Shown here: positions 28,379 through 38,657 of the stretch, piece by piece
Layout: every line of letters starts with the position of its first letter
Numbering within the stretch: position 1 is the stretch's first letter
Source of the DNA: a bacterium
Lineage (GTDB): Bacteria; Patescibacteriota; Minisyncoccia; Moranbacterales; UBA2206
Assembly (NCBI GenBank): GCA_021777675.1
Contig: JAJYDG010000001.1
Location: 4,997-68,996, forward strand
DNA length: 64,000 nucleotides
Reading direction: 5' to 3'
Made by a program: the position numbers and the translations under genes
Notes under the pieces: generated by a model
Database searches by the model: none
Told to the model about the DNA's origin: nothing
The model's input: only the letters and a program-made list of their open reading frames with translations

Positions 28379-29131
28379 ATGAACCTATCTGACCAACTAA
28401 TCCAATTCGGGCTCAACAGAAACCAAGCAGAGACTTATCTGGCACTTTTGGAATTGGGACAATCCGGCGTTATTCCGCTTGCCAAAAAGACCGGCATCAA
28501 GCGGACGACACTCTATGACATCTTGGTGGAACTCGAGAAAAAACAACTGGTAGCGCAGACAAAAAAGGCCACAAGAAGGCTTTTTATTGCGCTTGAGCCA
28601 TCGAATCTGGAGAAGGTTTTAGAAGAAAAACGCGAAAGACTAGAAAGTTTGATGCCGGCACTAAAAGCCCTGGTCAACACGACCGGAACCAAACCCGTAA
28701 TCCGCTACTATGAAGGCTTGGAAGGCATCAAGGAAGTCTATCGTGACACCTTGAGTTATAGCGGAGAACTTTTGGCCTTTGTGGCGGAAAACATCTTTGA
28801 CAAGCTAGGCAAGGAGTTTGCTGATGAGTATAAAACCAAGCGCAAAAAGGCTCAGATTGGCGTGCGCATTTTGGTGCCGGAAACACCGGAACTCAAAAAA
28901 GAGCTGGTTACGGTCAAGGAAGACTTGCGCATCTATCGCTTTGTCCCGAAAGAAAAATATCCCTTCACAATGGAAATGAATCTTTATGGCAACAAAATGG
29001 CGCTAATGTCCTTTCAAGAAGAATTGGGCGTGATCATTGAAAGCAATGAAATCAGCCAAAACCTGCGCTATCTTTTTGAGCTAGCATGGACTGGTGCTAA
29101 ACCAAAAGGGGAAGAGGAAAATTATTGGTAA
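28379..29131 (+). CDS. TrmB-family (sugar-responsive) transcriptional regulator
   Basis: N-terminal winged HTH …LNRNQAETYLALLELGQSGVIPLAKKTGIKRTTLYDILVELEKKQLV… typical of HTH_TrmB, with a C-terminal TrmB-like effector domain; GC higher than genome background. Confidence 0.7.
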   Translation: MNLSDQLIQFGLNRNQAETYLALLELGQSGVIPLAKKTGIKRTTLYDILVELEKKQLVAQTKKATRRLFIALEPSNLEKVLEEKRERLESLMPALKALVNTTGTKPVIRYYEGLEGIKEVYRDTLSYSGELLAFVAENIFDKLGKEFADEYKTKRKKAQIGVRILVPETPELKKELVTVKEDLRIYRFVPKEKYPFTMEMNLYGNKMALMSFQEELGVIIESNEISQNLRYLFELAWTGAKPKGEEENYW

Positions 29132-29168
29132 TTTATGCTATAATTCATTAAATCTTTAGCTTAATCAT

Positions 29169-31904
29169 ATGTCTGACAATAAACCCAAAAAACTCGTTCT
29201 TATCGACGGCAATGCTATCATTCATCGGTCATACCACGCTCTTCCGCCGTTCACCACTAAAAATGGCGAATTAGTGAATGCAGTCTATGGCTTTGCTTCG
29301 ACTTTGCTTTCCATCATTTCAAAATTCGAACCGAAATATATCATCGCCACATTTGATTTGGCCGGTCCGACTTTTCGCCATATTGAATATGCAGATTATA
29401 AGGCTACTCGCGTGAAAGCCGATGATGCGCTCTATGCTCAAATTCCTCGTGTTAAAGAAGTAACTGAAGCGTTTGGCATTCCAATCTATGCTGTTAGCGG
29501 TTTTGAAGCGGATGATGTAATTGGAACATTGGCAAAACAAGCGAAAGAAAATCATGCTGAGCTAGAAATCATTATTATTACAGGCGATATGGACACATTG
29601 CAACTCGTTGATGATGCGACTTTGGTCTACACAATGCGCCGAGGATTGACTGACGCCGTGCTCTATGGCAAAGCAGAAATTTTTGAACGCTATTCCTTGT
29701 TGCCAGAACAATTAACTGATTATAAGGGTCTTCGTGGTGATCCATCTGATAATATTCCCGGAGTGAAAGGGATCGGCGAGAAAACAGCTATCGAGCTTTT
29801 GAAAACTTATGGCACATTGGAAAATGTCTATGCCCATTTGAATGATATTAAAAAACCAGTGCGGGAAAAATTGGAAAAAGACAAAATAATTGCTATTCAG
29901 AGCAAAAAGCTTGCCACAATTTCTCGCGAAGTACCAGTCATGCTCGATTTGGAAAAAGCATTGACGAAAGATTTTAATAAAGAAAAACTGATTGCGCTTT
30001 TCACCCAGCTGAATTTTCATAGTCTCAAAAAGCGCTTGCTTGGAAACATTGGAGTGGCTAAATTAAATAAAGCCGGCGCTAAAAATATTTCTCCAAAACA
30101 GTCTGACGAAATCAAGGATTTTAAATTTGAAATAGCTGATAGTAAAAATTATCAAGCATTATTAGAAAATCTTGAAAGTCAAAAAGAGCTTTCCATAAAG
30201 CTAAAAACCAATGGTACGGCTGTGCACGCCAGTATGCTTTCCGGCATTGCTATTGGCTATAAAACGGGGCGCGCAGTCTATTTTGATTTGGAAAATAAAA
30301 CAATATTTTTGCAAATAAAAACACTCCTGGAAAATTCGGAAACGGAAAAAATTTGCTTTGATCTCAAAAGCGATTTAGAAATTTTGCAAAATGCCGGTAT
30401 TAATTTGGCTGGAAATTATTTTGATATCTTGCTTAGTAGTTATGTTTTGAGTCCGGGAAGAAAAATAACCCTGTCTGATTTGGTGGCGGAATTTTTACAA
30501 GAAGATTTGATTGAAGATTCCAAAAAAGGACAGCTAGGTCTCGAGATTGAAAGCGTTGAAGATTTGGCTAGGAAAAATTGCGCTGTAGCGGACTATATTT
30601 TTAAACTCAAAAATATTCACAAAGAAGAACTGGAAAAAATCAGCGCTCAACAAATTGAAAACAATAATTCACCAAAACATACCCTGAATAAGGTTTTTAG
30701 TGAAGTGGAAATTCCGCTTGCCAAGGTTTTAGCTCAAATGGAAATGCGCGGCATTAAATTAAACACCCTAATTTTCGCTGGCATTTCTGAAACGATAACC
30801 AAACGCATTGCCAAGCTTGAAGAAAACATCTATGCATTGTCCGGCACAACTTTTAATATTGCCTCTCCCAAACAACTCTCGGAAGTTTTGTTTGAAAAAA
30901 TGCAATTGCCGATTGGAAATATCAAAAAAGGCAAATCCGGGGTTATTTCCACTGCTTCCGCGGAACTTGACAAATTGCGAGGTGAACACAAAATTATTGA
31001 AAAAATTGAAGAATACCGAGAAATTGCCAAACTCAAAAACACCTATCTTGATACGCTTCCCCAAATGGTCGATAAAAATTCACGTCTTCATTCCACTTTC
31101 AATCAAGCTATTACGGCAACCGGTCGACTCTCATCATCCGATCCGAATTTGCAAAATATTCCCGCACGTACTGATCTCGGACAGCTTTTACGCACCGCCT
31201 TTGTGGCAAAAGATGGTTATAAGCTGATTAGCGCCGATTATTCCCAGATTGATTTGCGTGTCGTGGCGCATGTGAGCGAAGATAAAAAAATGATCGAACT
31301 TTTTTTGAAAGGCGAAGATATTCATCGCGCCACGGCGGCTGAAATCAATAATCTTTCTCTTTCCCAGGTGACAGATAAAATTCGTCGTACTGCCAAGGAG
31401 TTAAATTTTGGCATCATTTATGGTATGGGTTCATTTGGCTTTTCTATGCGTGCCGGAATTTCGCGCGATGACGCTAAGAAATTTATTAATGCTTATTTTG
31501 AAAAATTTCAAGGTGTGGCAAAGTATATGCGTGAGATTCGTGAGTTTGCCAAAAAAAATGGCTATGTTGAAACAGAGATTGGCCGTCGTCGTTATATTCC
31601 GGAGATTAATTCTTCCAATTTTCAGTTGCAAAGTGCGGCTGAACGCATGGCAATTAATATGCCCATTCAAGGCTTAGCATCGGATATTATGAAAATTGCA
31701 ATGCTTAATGTCGCTAAAGAATTTGAAAATAATGCCTCTGTTGCAATGCTTTTGCAAGTACATGATGAAATCATTTTGGAAGTGCGCGAGGACTTGGCAG
31801 AAGAAGCGGCGCAAAAAATCAAAAATATTCTTGAAAATGCCTACAAACTCAAGGTTCCTCTTGTGGCTAATATTTCGATCGGTGATAATTGGGGGGAATT
31901 GTAA
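29169..31904 (+). CDS. polA: DNA polymerase I
   Basis: 5'-3' exonuclease N-terminus (…LVLIDGNAIIHRSYHAL…), degenerate 3'-5' exo region and polymerase motifs (…DYSQIDLRVVAH…, …QVHDEIILE…); 911 aa. Confidence 0.9.
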   Translation: MSDNKPKKLVLIDGNAIIHRSYHALPPFTTKNGELVNAVYGFASTLLSIISKFEPKYIIATFDLAGPTFRHIEYADYKATRVKADDALYAQIPRVKEVTEAFGIPIYAVSGFEADDVIGTLAKQAKENHAELEIIIITGDMDTLQLVDDATLVYTMRRGLTDAVLYGKAEIFERYSLLPEQLTDYKGLRGDPSDNIPGVKGIGEKTAIELLKTYGTLENVYAHLNDIKKPVREKLEKDKIIAIQSKKLATISREVPVMLDLEKALTKDFNKEKLIALFTQLNFHSLKKRLLGNIGVAKLNKAGAKNISPKQSDEIKDFKFEIADSKNYQALLENLESQKELSIKLKTNGTAVHASMLSGIAIGYKTGRAVYFDLENKTIFLQIKTLLENSETEKICFDLKSDLEILQNAGINLAGNYFDILLSSYVLSPGRKITLSDLVAEFLQEDLIEDSKKGQLGLEIESVEDLARKNCAVADYIFKLKNIHKEELEKISAQQIENNNSPKHTLNKVFSEVEIPLAKVLAQMEMRGIKLNTLIFAGISETITKRIAKLEENIYALSGTTFNIASPKQLSEVLFEKMQLPIGNIKKGKSGVISTASAELDKLRGEHKIIEKIEEYREIAKLKNTYLDTLPQMVDKNSRLHSTFNQAITATGRLSSSDPNLQNIPARTDLGQLLRTAFVAKDGYKLISADYSQIDLRVVAHVSEDKKMIELFLKGEDIHRATAAEINNLSLSQVTDKIRRTAKELNFGIIYGMGSFGFSMRAGISRDDAKKFINAYFEKFQGVAKYMREIREFAKKNGYVETEIGRRRYIPEINSSNFQLQSAAERMAINMPIQGLASDIMKIAMLNVAKEFENNASVAMLLQVHDEIILEVREDLAEEAAQKIKNILENAYKLKVPLVANISIGDNWGEL

Positions 31905-31937
31905 TTTTCTTGCTTATTTTTTTTAAAATTCAAATTT

Positions 31938-32798
31938 ATGCCCGAACTTCCTGAAGTTGAAACAATCGTAAATGATCTAAATCAAAAAATTAAAGGTTTG
32001 ATTATTTTGAAATTTTGGTCGGATTTTCCATCTGCCGTGAAAGGCGCAACGTTCAAAAAATTTCAAGCGGAAATGAAAAACAAAAAAATTCTCTGTGCTG
32101 AACGAGTGGGGAAAAATATTTTTTTGCGTCTTTCCGGTGGAAAATCGTTGCATATTCATTTGCGAATGACCGGACATCTTTTAGTAAAAAATCAAAATGC
32201 AAAATTCAAAAATCAAAATTATTTTGATGATAAAGTCAATCAATATATTCATCACATTTGGTATTTGAATAAAAATAAAACTCTGGAATTTTCCGATTTA
32301 CGCAAATTTGCCACAATTCGCTCAATAGACACTAAAAATATGGAAAAATATCTGACAGAAAAAAAGATCGGGATTGATGCAATGAATGATAAATTTACAA
32401 TAAAAAAATTCAATGAATTGCTTGATAAAAAACCAAAAATGCTAATCGGAATTTTTCTGCTTGATCAAGGCATAATCTCGGGTATTGGCAATATTTATCG
32501 CAGTGAAATTTTGTTTTCCGCCGGCGTTTTGCCGGAACGCGAAAATGAAACGCTCACTAAAGACGAGCGCAAAAAAATATTTTTAGCAATTAAAAAAATT
32601 CTAAAACTTGCCATTAAAATGCGTGGCACATCGGATAGCGATTATCGCGACTCGGATGGTGCGCCGGGACATTTTCAAGAGATGCTTAAAGTTTATCGTC
32701 GAGATAAGTTGCTTTGTCTCAAAAAATGCGGTGGAAAAATCTTGCGTAAAAAAATGGCGCAAAGAAGTGTTTTTTATTGTGAAAGATGCCAGAGATAA
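31938..32798 (+). CDS. mutM: formamidopyrimidine-DNA glycosylase (Fpg/MutM)
   Basis: MPELPEVETI… catalytic N-terminus and C-terminal zinc finger C..C…C..C. Confidence 0.9.
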   Translation: MPELPEVETIVNDLNQKIKGLIILKFWSDFPSAVKGATFKKFQAEMKNKKILCAERVGKNIFLRLSGGKSLHIHLRMTGHLLVKNQNAKFKNQNYFDDKVNQYIHHIWYLNKNKTLEFSDLRKFATIRSIDTKNMEKYLTEKKIGIDAMNDKFTIKKFNELLDKKPKMLIGIFLLDQGIISGIGNIYRSEILFSAGVLPERENETLTKDERKKIFLAIKKILKLAIKMRGTSDSDYRDSDGAPGHFQEMLKVYRRDKLLCLKKCGGKILRKKMAQRSVFYCERCQR

Positions 32799-32799
32799 A

Positions 32800-33093
32800 T
32801 CAAGCTAAGAGTGTCTTTAGACGACGAACTTCTTCTTTTAGTGCTCCATCATTTCCATATTCTCCATGATGTCTCGTATTGTCGCCATAGGTTTCTTTTT
32901 TTGCATCCAAATGAATATTTATCAGCATATCTGTCCCGTTCATTTTTACATACATATGAAATCTTGGATAACCGGCTGAGGCGAGTGGACGCACAAAACT
33001 CATCTCATTGCCTTCATATCTTTGAAATGAATAGCCAAGTCGGCGTAAATTATTTATAGGATTACCCATTATGTTTTTTACTTCTAATTGCAT
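32800..33093 (-). CDS. small hypothetical protein (97 aa)
   Basis: ORF between mutM and folD with balanced composition (…YPRFHMYVKMNGTDMLINIHLDAKKETYGDNTRHHGEYGNDG…); no motif recognised. Confidence 0.35.
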   Translation of the reverse strand: MQLEVKNIMGNPINNLRRLGYSFQRYEGNEMSFVRPLASAGYPRFHMYVKMNGTDMLINIHLDAKKETYGDNTRHHGEYGNDGALKEEVRRLKTLLA

Positions 33094-33108
33094 ATGATTT
33101 TTAAAAAT

Positions 33109-33954
33109 TTAAATTTGATTTTCTGTTGCTAAAATTACATTTTTCATTAACATTGCAATGGTCATTGGGCCAACTCCACCAGGAACGGGCGTGATATGGC
33201 TTGCTTTATTGTAAACATTAGCATAATCAACATCTCCCACTAGATCTCCTTTTGCGTTGCGACTAACTCCAATATCAACTATGACAGCATTTTGCTTTAT
33301 CATATCAGCACAAATTAGCTTGGCATGTCCTGTGGCAGAAATTAAAATATCCGCTTGAGATGAAAATTTTTGCAAATTTTTTGTCTTGGAATTGCAAATC
33401 GTCACCGTTGCTCCGAGATTAATAAGCATTATTGCAAGTGGTTTTCCGACAATATTACTTCTTCCAATAATTACAATATGCTTTCCTTCAATTGAAATAT
33501 CGCTTTTTTTTAGTAGCTCAATAACTCCTATTGGTGTGCAAGGCGAAAAACGTGTATCATTAACCATCATCCGTCCTATATTTTCCGGATTAAAACAATC
33601 CACATCTTTTTTTGAATCGATTAAATTAAAGATTTTCTTTGTATCAATTTGTTTTGGTAGAGGCAATTGGACTAAAATTCCATGGATTTTTTTATCTGCA
33701 TTATATTGAAAAATCAATTTTTCCAATTTTTTTTGTGAAGTTTCCGACGGCATTTTTATAATTTGCGAATTTATTCCCAGCTCTTTTGCCACCCGTTCTT
33801 TGTTTTTAACATATATCTGCGAAGCATTATCATTTCCAATTAAAATCACAGCCAGCCCTGGTTTAATACCTTTTTTTGCCAAAGCTAAAACCCTGCTTTT
33901 CAGTTTTTTCTTAATTTCTTCTGAAATTTTTTTTCCGTCAATTATTTTTTCCAT
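33109..33954 (-). CDS. folD: bifunctional methylenetetrahydrofolate dehydrogenase/cyclohydrolase FolD
   Basis: MEKIIDGKKISEEIKKKLKSRV…GLAVILIGNDNASQIYVKNKERVAKELGI… and C-terminal …PVPGGVGPMTIAML…. Confidence 0.9.
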   Translation of the reverse strand: MEKIIDGKKISEEIKKKLKSRVLALAKKGIKPGLAVILIGNDNASQIYVKNKERVAKELGINSQIIKMPSETSQKKLEKLIFQYNADKKIHGILVQLPLPKQIDTKKIFNLIDSKKDVDCFNPENIGRMMVNDTRFSPCTPIGVIELLKKSDISIEGKHIVIIGRSNIVGKPLAIMLINLGATVTICNSKTKNLQKFSSQADILISATGHAKLICADMIKQNAVIVDIGVSRNAKGDLVGDVDYANVYNKASHITPVPGGVGPMTIAMLMKNVILATENQI

Positions 33955-34052
33955 ATATCTGATTATAGCATACCTAAAAAAAATTCTCGATTGTCAAGCT
34001 TGACAGCCAAGTGATATACTGGTTTATAGAATTAATTGCTCAGACAAATATT

Positions 34053-35231
34053 ATGCCAACTCCCCTTTCTGATTTTATTCGCCCGACAACACTTGCTGAT
34101 TTTTTTGGTCAGAAAAAGCTTGTTGAAAAAAACTCTTATCTTTTTCGTGCGATTGAAAGTGATAATATTCCGTCAATGATTCTTTGGGGTCCGCCCGGAT
34201 CGGGAAAAACCACCCTTGCCCATATTATCGCCACTGTTACAAAATCAGAATTTCTCAAAATTAGCGCCGTTTCATCGGGTAAAAAAATACTTTTGGAAAT
34301 CATTGCCAAAGCCAACGAGAACAATTTTCAAAATAAAAAAACAATTCTTTTTATCGATGAAATCCATCGCTGGAGCAAAGCTCAGCAAGATGTCCTTTTG
34401 CCATATGTCGAAAATGGCACAATTATTCTTATTGGCGCAACTACTGAAAATCCCAGCTTCGAGGTCAATTCAGCTTTAATTTCTCGCATGCGTGTTTTTG
34501 TCTTGGAAAAACTTAAACCAGATGATTTAGAAAAAATTATAAAGCGTGCTTTGGAAAAAATCAAATCTAAGAAAAAAATTAAAATAGCTTCTGACACGAT
34601 AAAACTCCTTGCTAATCTTTCCAGCGGTGATGCTCGTATGGCGCTTAATACGCTAGAAGCTTGCGTCAATCAAGCAGTAAATATTACATCGGAACTTGTT
34701 CATGAAGTTTTGCAAAAATCGCATTTGTTTTATGATAAATCCGGTGAAGAGCATTATAATATTATTTCCGCTCTTCACAAATCAATGCGCGGTGGCGATC
34801 CGAATGCCTCAGTTTATTGGCTTGCTCGGATGATCGAAGGTGGTGAAGATCCGCTTTACATTGCTCGTCGCCTCATACGTTTCGCTAGTGAAGATATCGG
34901 TCTTGCCAATAACACAGCCATTGTTCTTGCCAATGCCACTTTCGATGCCTGCCATAAGCTAGGGCTCCCGGAGTGCAATGTTCATCTTACGCAATGCGTG
35001 ATTTATATGGCAAAATCCAAAAAAGATATAACTGCCTATGGCGCTTATAGTAAAGCCAAAAAAGATGTGGAAAAATTTGGTAATCTCCCTGTTCCGCTTC
35101 ACCTTAGAAATGCATCAACAAAATTGATGAAGGAGTTAGATTATGGCAGAAACTATAAATATACCCCGCTTGAGGATAGTGCCGAACAAAATTATTTTCC
35201 GGATGAATTGAAAGATTCTAATTATTTATAA
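34053..35231 (+). CDS. rarA: replication-associated recombination protein A (RarA/MgsA AAA+ ATPase)
   Basis: ORF track 34011-35231; likely start 34053 ([20 protein letters not shown]…); Walker [18 protein letters not shown]; C-terminal MgsA-specific domain. Confidence 0.85.
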   Translation: MPTPLSDFIRPTTLADFFGQKKLVEKNSYLFRAIESDNIPSMILWGPPGSGKTTLAHIIATVTKSEFLKISAVSSGKKILLEIIAKANENNFQNKKTILFIDEIHRWSKAQQDVLLPYVENGTIILIGATTENPSFEVNSALISRMRVFVLEKLKPDDLEKIIKRALEKIKSKKKIKIASDTIKLLANLSSGDARMALNTLEACVNQAVNITSELVHEVLQKSHLFYDKSGEEHYNIISALHKSMRGGDPNASVYWLARMIEGGEDPLYIARRLIRFASEDIGLANNTAIVLANATFDACHKLGLPECNVHLTQCVIYMAKSKKDITAYGAYSKAKKDVEKFGNLPVPLHLRNASTKLMKELDYGRNYKYTPLEDSAEQNYFPDELKDSNYL

Positions 35232-35248
35232 AAGATTTTTTGTTTTTA

Positions 35249-35914
35249 TTATCTGATAATTTTATTTTTAACATCCGATAGGGTTCTTTCCACCGTTTTA
35301 TTTTTTTTTAATTCTAAAATTTTTACCATTATTTCGTTAACATCAGGCGCTAATTTAGGAGATTTGCTTAAAAAAATACGTATTGTTTTTATGTTTACTT
35401 TTTTTTCGATATATTTTGCCAAAATTGCGTACCACAAAACAAATGTTTTTCTGTCGACTAGATTATTTAATTCAACAAATGGTGGATTGCGAAAATAACC
35501 AGATAATTTCTCCCAATTATCATATTCATCATATAAAAGTTCATCTTCCAATAATTTCGCCGGACGACCGTCTAACTCGGTTGTTTTTTGCAGTTTATAA
35601 AAACCATACTCATTAAGAATTTCTTCGCGTCGCATATCGCAGTAAAGATGAAACTTCCAGCCAGCTTCAAAAGAAGTTAATCCGGAAAAATTCAAATCGA
35701 TGCAGTTAAATTTGAGATGCGTATCTTTTCTTTTAATCTTTGAGTCAATAACGCGAATATCCGGAAAAACCACACCTAAAATAAATTCATCCCTATTTAT
35801 TTTATGGTTGCCTTCTATTTTTTTCTCATCAAGAAAATCATCGATAATCTTTCCATTTTCAATTGAATCAAAATATTTTTTTGCATAAACAATATGCGCT
35901 ATCTGTGAAGCCAT
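35249..35914 (-). CDS. hypothetical protein (221 aa)
   Basis: long ORF co-oriented with the CCA-adding enzyme gene, no recognisable motif. Confidence 0.5.
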   Translation of the reverse strand: MASQIAHIVYAKKYFDSIENGKIIDDFLDEKKIEGNHKINRDEFILGVVFPDIRVIDSKIKRKDTHLKFNCIDLNFSGLTSFEAGWKFHLYCDMRREEILNEYGFYKLQKTTELDGRPAKLLEDELLYDEYDNWEKLSGYFRNPPFVELNNLVDRKTFVLWYAILAKYIEKKVNIKTIRIFLSKSPKLAPDVNEIMVKILELKKNKTVERTLSDVKNKIIR

Positions 35915-35946
35915 TTGTTTTAATTTTATTTTTTTTCAAAACCTTA

Positions 35947-37437
35947 TTAAACTTTGTGTTTTTTCTTAATTAAGCCCTCTTCTTTTTTTTGTTCTGCTTT
36001 AATTTTCTCCTCCGCCATCTTGCGCAAATCTTCCACTTTGCTTTTCGTTAACTCTTTTGCCAACTCGATCAGCTTCTCTTTTATATTTTGTGTTGGGTCA
36101 TCAATTACCTGTGAAAGTAATACAGCTAAAATTGCCCCAATTTTTGGCCCCGGTTCCACGCCCAGTTCGGACATCAGATCATTGCCATTCAATTTTAGTT
36201 GTTTCACTGAAATTGGATCATGCGAAACTTTTTCTACCATAAATTGAAAATGACGCAACTTATAGGGCACTGCTTTTGGCACACCGCTTCCCAGTCGATC
36301 GGCAATGCGCACATCAATGAGGTCGCTAATATTTTCCAAACCGATTTTTTGTACCACACGGCGTACGCCTGATTCGCCAACCTCATCGACATTGTAATAA
36401 AACATGTGGTTGCGCACAAGAAGGGTTGTTTTATTGGTTATTTCTCTTGAAAACTTCAAGCGCTCCAAAATATTTTTTGCTATTCGTTCCCCAATATATT
36501 CATGATTATAAAATGTTGCATTTTCCCCTTCCCCTCTTTTTGCTTGTGGTTTTCCTATGTCATGAAGAAACGCCGCCAAACGTACCTCTAATTTTTTTGA
36601 TGGACATTTTTCCAAAGATGCCACAAGATGCTTATAAACCGTATTATACGGACCATGATAATGGTGATGGCTTTGCATCACATTAATTCCATTTTCGATT
36701 TCCGGCAAAATAATTTTCAAAATTCCCGCTTCTTGCAAAAGTTCAATGCCTTTAGCTGGAGCAGGCGATAAAATAATTTTCACGAATTCATCTCGAATAC
36801 GTTCTGGCGAAATGTGTTTTAAATTTTCGGCGTTCTTTCTAATTGCGGATAAGGTTTTTTCTTCAATCGCAAAACCAAACACAACCGAAAAACGGATTGC
36901 TCGCATAATTCTAAGCGCATCCTCACCAAACCTTTCATTAGCATCGCCTACTGCCCGGATTAATTTATTTTTTAAATCTTTTTGTCCGCTATATAAATCA
37001 ACGATTTCAACTTCCTTATTTTTTACCACCTTTAAAGCAATGGCGTTAATCGTAAAATCACGTCTAGATAAATCCTCCCTCAAAGTTTTGGCAAATTTCA
37101 CCTCATCCGGGTGTCTTTTGTCAGAATATTTTGATTCGATGCGATAAGTTGTAATTTCAACAATAGTTGTTATTTTATTGTTATCCACAGCTTCTCCCCT
37201 GATTTTAACACCAACTGTTCCAAATTTATTTTCATAGACTGAATCAGGAAAAAGATGCCGGATATTTTTAGGCTGTGCGTTTGTGGCAATATCCCAATCT
37301 TTTGGTGTCAATCCTAGTAATAAATCACGCACGCATCCGCCAACAAGATAAGCTTCAAAAGATGATTTTTCCAGCTCCTTCATCACCAAAAGGATATGCA
37401 TGGGAATGTTAAAATTTAAATCTTTTTCTTTTTGCAT
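35947..37437 (-). CDS. cca: CCA-adding tRNA nucleotidyltransferase with C-terminal HD domain
   Basis: …YLVGGCVRDLLLGLTPKDWDIATNAQPKNI… polyA-polymerase head domain; HD motif …AAFLHDIGKP…. Confidence 0.85.
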   Translation of the reverse strand: MQKEKDLNFNIPMHILLVMKELEKSSFEAYLVGGCVRDLLLGLTPKDWDIATNAQPKNIRHLFPDSVYENKFGTVGVKIRGEAVDNNKITTIVEITTYRIESKYSDKRHPDEVKFAKTLREDLSRRDFTINAIALKVVKNKEVEIVDLYSGQKDLKNKLIRAVGDANERFGEDALRIMRAIRFSVVFGFAIEEKTLSAIRKNAENLKHISPERIRDEFVKIILSPAPAKGIELLQEAGILKIILPEIENGINVMQSHHHYHGPYNTVYKHLVASLEKCPSKKLEVRLAAFLHDIGKPQAKRGEGENATFYNHEYIGERIAKNILERLKFSREITNKTTLLVRNHMFYYNVDEVGESGVRRVVQKIGLENISDLIDVRIADRLGSGVPKAVPYKLRHFQFMVEKVSHDPISVKQLKLNGNDLMSELGVEPGPKIGAILAVLLSQVIDDPTQNIKEKLIELAKELTKSKVEDLRKMAEEKIKAEQKKEEGLIKKKHKV

Positions 37438-37592
37438 ACTGATATTCTAACAAAAAAAATCTGAAATAGCGAATTTATTTTTCTCGACAGCTTATTTTTA
37501 TCGTGCTAATATATCTATGCAAACTGGACATGGTCTAGATTTTGTGTGTTTTTATGTAAAATATTTGCTAATTTCTATTCAAAAATAAACCT

Positions 37593-38252
37593 ATGAATAT
37601 ACAATATTATGGTCATTCTTGCTTTAAAATAACCATTAAACCGGCAGGCAGAGGACAAGAAGAAGTAAGTTTATTTATTGATCCGTTTGATAAAGCTGTT
37701 GGTCTTCGTCCTCCACAGGGACAAGCTGATATTGCTCTAATTTCTCACCATCATCATGATCACGATAATGTGGAAGCACTCAAGGGTGACCCGCGAATTA
37801 TTGATTTGCCGGGAGAATATTCCATTAAGGGCGTGAATATTATAGGTATTCAAGCATATCATGATTCTGTTTTAGGTAAAGAAAGAGGTGCAAATACTAT
37901 CTATGTGATTGATAGCGAGGATATAAGAGTTTGCCACTTAGGAGACTTGGGACACGATCTTAATGAAAAACAATTGGAAAAAATTGGCAGTGTTAATGTG
38001 TTAATGGTTCCAATTGGAGGAAGATATACGCTTGATCATAAAAAAGCGATTGAAAATATTAAAAAAATTGAACCGAACATTATTATCCCAATGCATTTCA
38101 GGCTGAAAAATTCTACTGCTGATATTGACGATGAAAAAGATTTCTGCTTAGAAATAGGAAATTGTTTAGCGGAAAGACCGTCCAAATTAAATTTAAAAAG
38201 TAAAGATTTTGAAAATAAAAGTATGCAAGCGATCGTAATGAATATTGAGTGA
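37593..38252 (+). CDS. MBL-fold metal-dependent hydrolase (UPF0173-like)
   Basis: …ADIALISHHHHDHDN… metallo-beta-lactamase HxHxDH motif; 219 aa. Confidence 0.8.
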   Translation: MNIQYYGHSCFKITIKPAGRGQEEVSLFIDPFDKAVGLRPPQGQADIALISHHHHDHDNVEALKGDPRIIDLPGEYSIKGVNIIGIQAYHDSVLGKERGANTIYVIDSEDIRVCHLGDLGHDLNEKQLEKIGSVNVLMVPIGGRYTLDHKKAIENIKKIEPNIIIPMHFRLKNSTADIDDEKDFCLEIGNCLAERPSKLNLKSKDFENKSMQAIVMNIE

Positions 38253-38288
38253 TTTGTTTAAATAGGACAAAAATAAGAAAATTTTGAA

Positions 38289-38606
38289 ATGAATTGTTTA
38301 TTTAAAATTGAGCGAAAAATTGAAGAAATAAGAGAAAAGCCGGAGCATATTCGAGTGCGTTATATCTATGGAATAATAGTTGTTTTTATGGTTTTTGTTG
38401 TTGTTTTGTGGTTTTTTTCATTTTTTACGAATACAAGACAAAATGATGCAGTTAGTAAATTAAATGCCCAAAAAATTATAAATGATTTTCAGGTGCAAAA
38501 AAAATCATTGCAAGATATTGAAAATGCTGCCAAAAATTCAATAAACAGCTTAAATAATGTTTCTCCGCAAGCAAGCACTAACACAGCTCCGACACCAACA
38601 AATTAG
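38289..38606 (+). CDS. small membrane protein (105 aa), hypothetical
   Basis: single TM (…IIVVFMVFVVVLWFFSFF…) then a hydrophilic tail. Confidence 0.4.
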   Translation: MNCLFKIERKIEEIREKPEHIRVRYIYGIIVVFMVFVVVLWFFSFFTNTRQNDAVSKLNAQKIINDFQVQKKSLQDIENAAKNSINSLNNVSPQASTNTAPTPTN

Positions 38607-38657
38607 GAATTAGGCCTTTTGTTGGTTTTTTAATTCTTAAACTAGAATCATATCAAA

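Noticed and set aside
33991-34030. 14-bp palindrome TGTCAAGCTTGACA in the folD/rarA divergent spacer as a promoter
   Set aside because: The -35/-10 spacing to the nearby TATACT is wrong (11 or 19 nt). The palindrome contains a HindIII site and may be an operator, but there is no supporting evidence.
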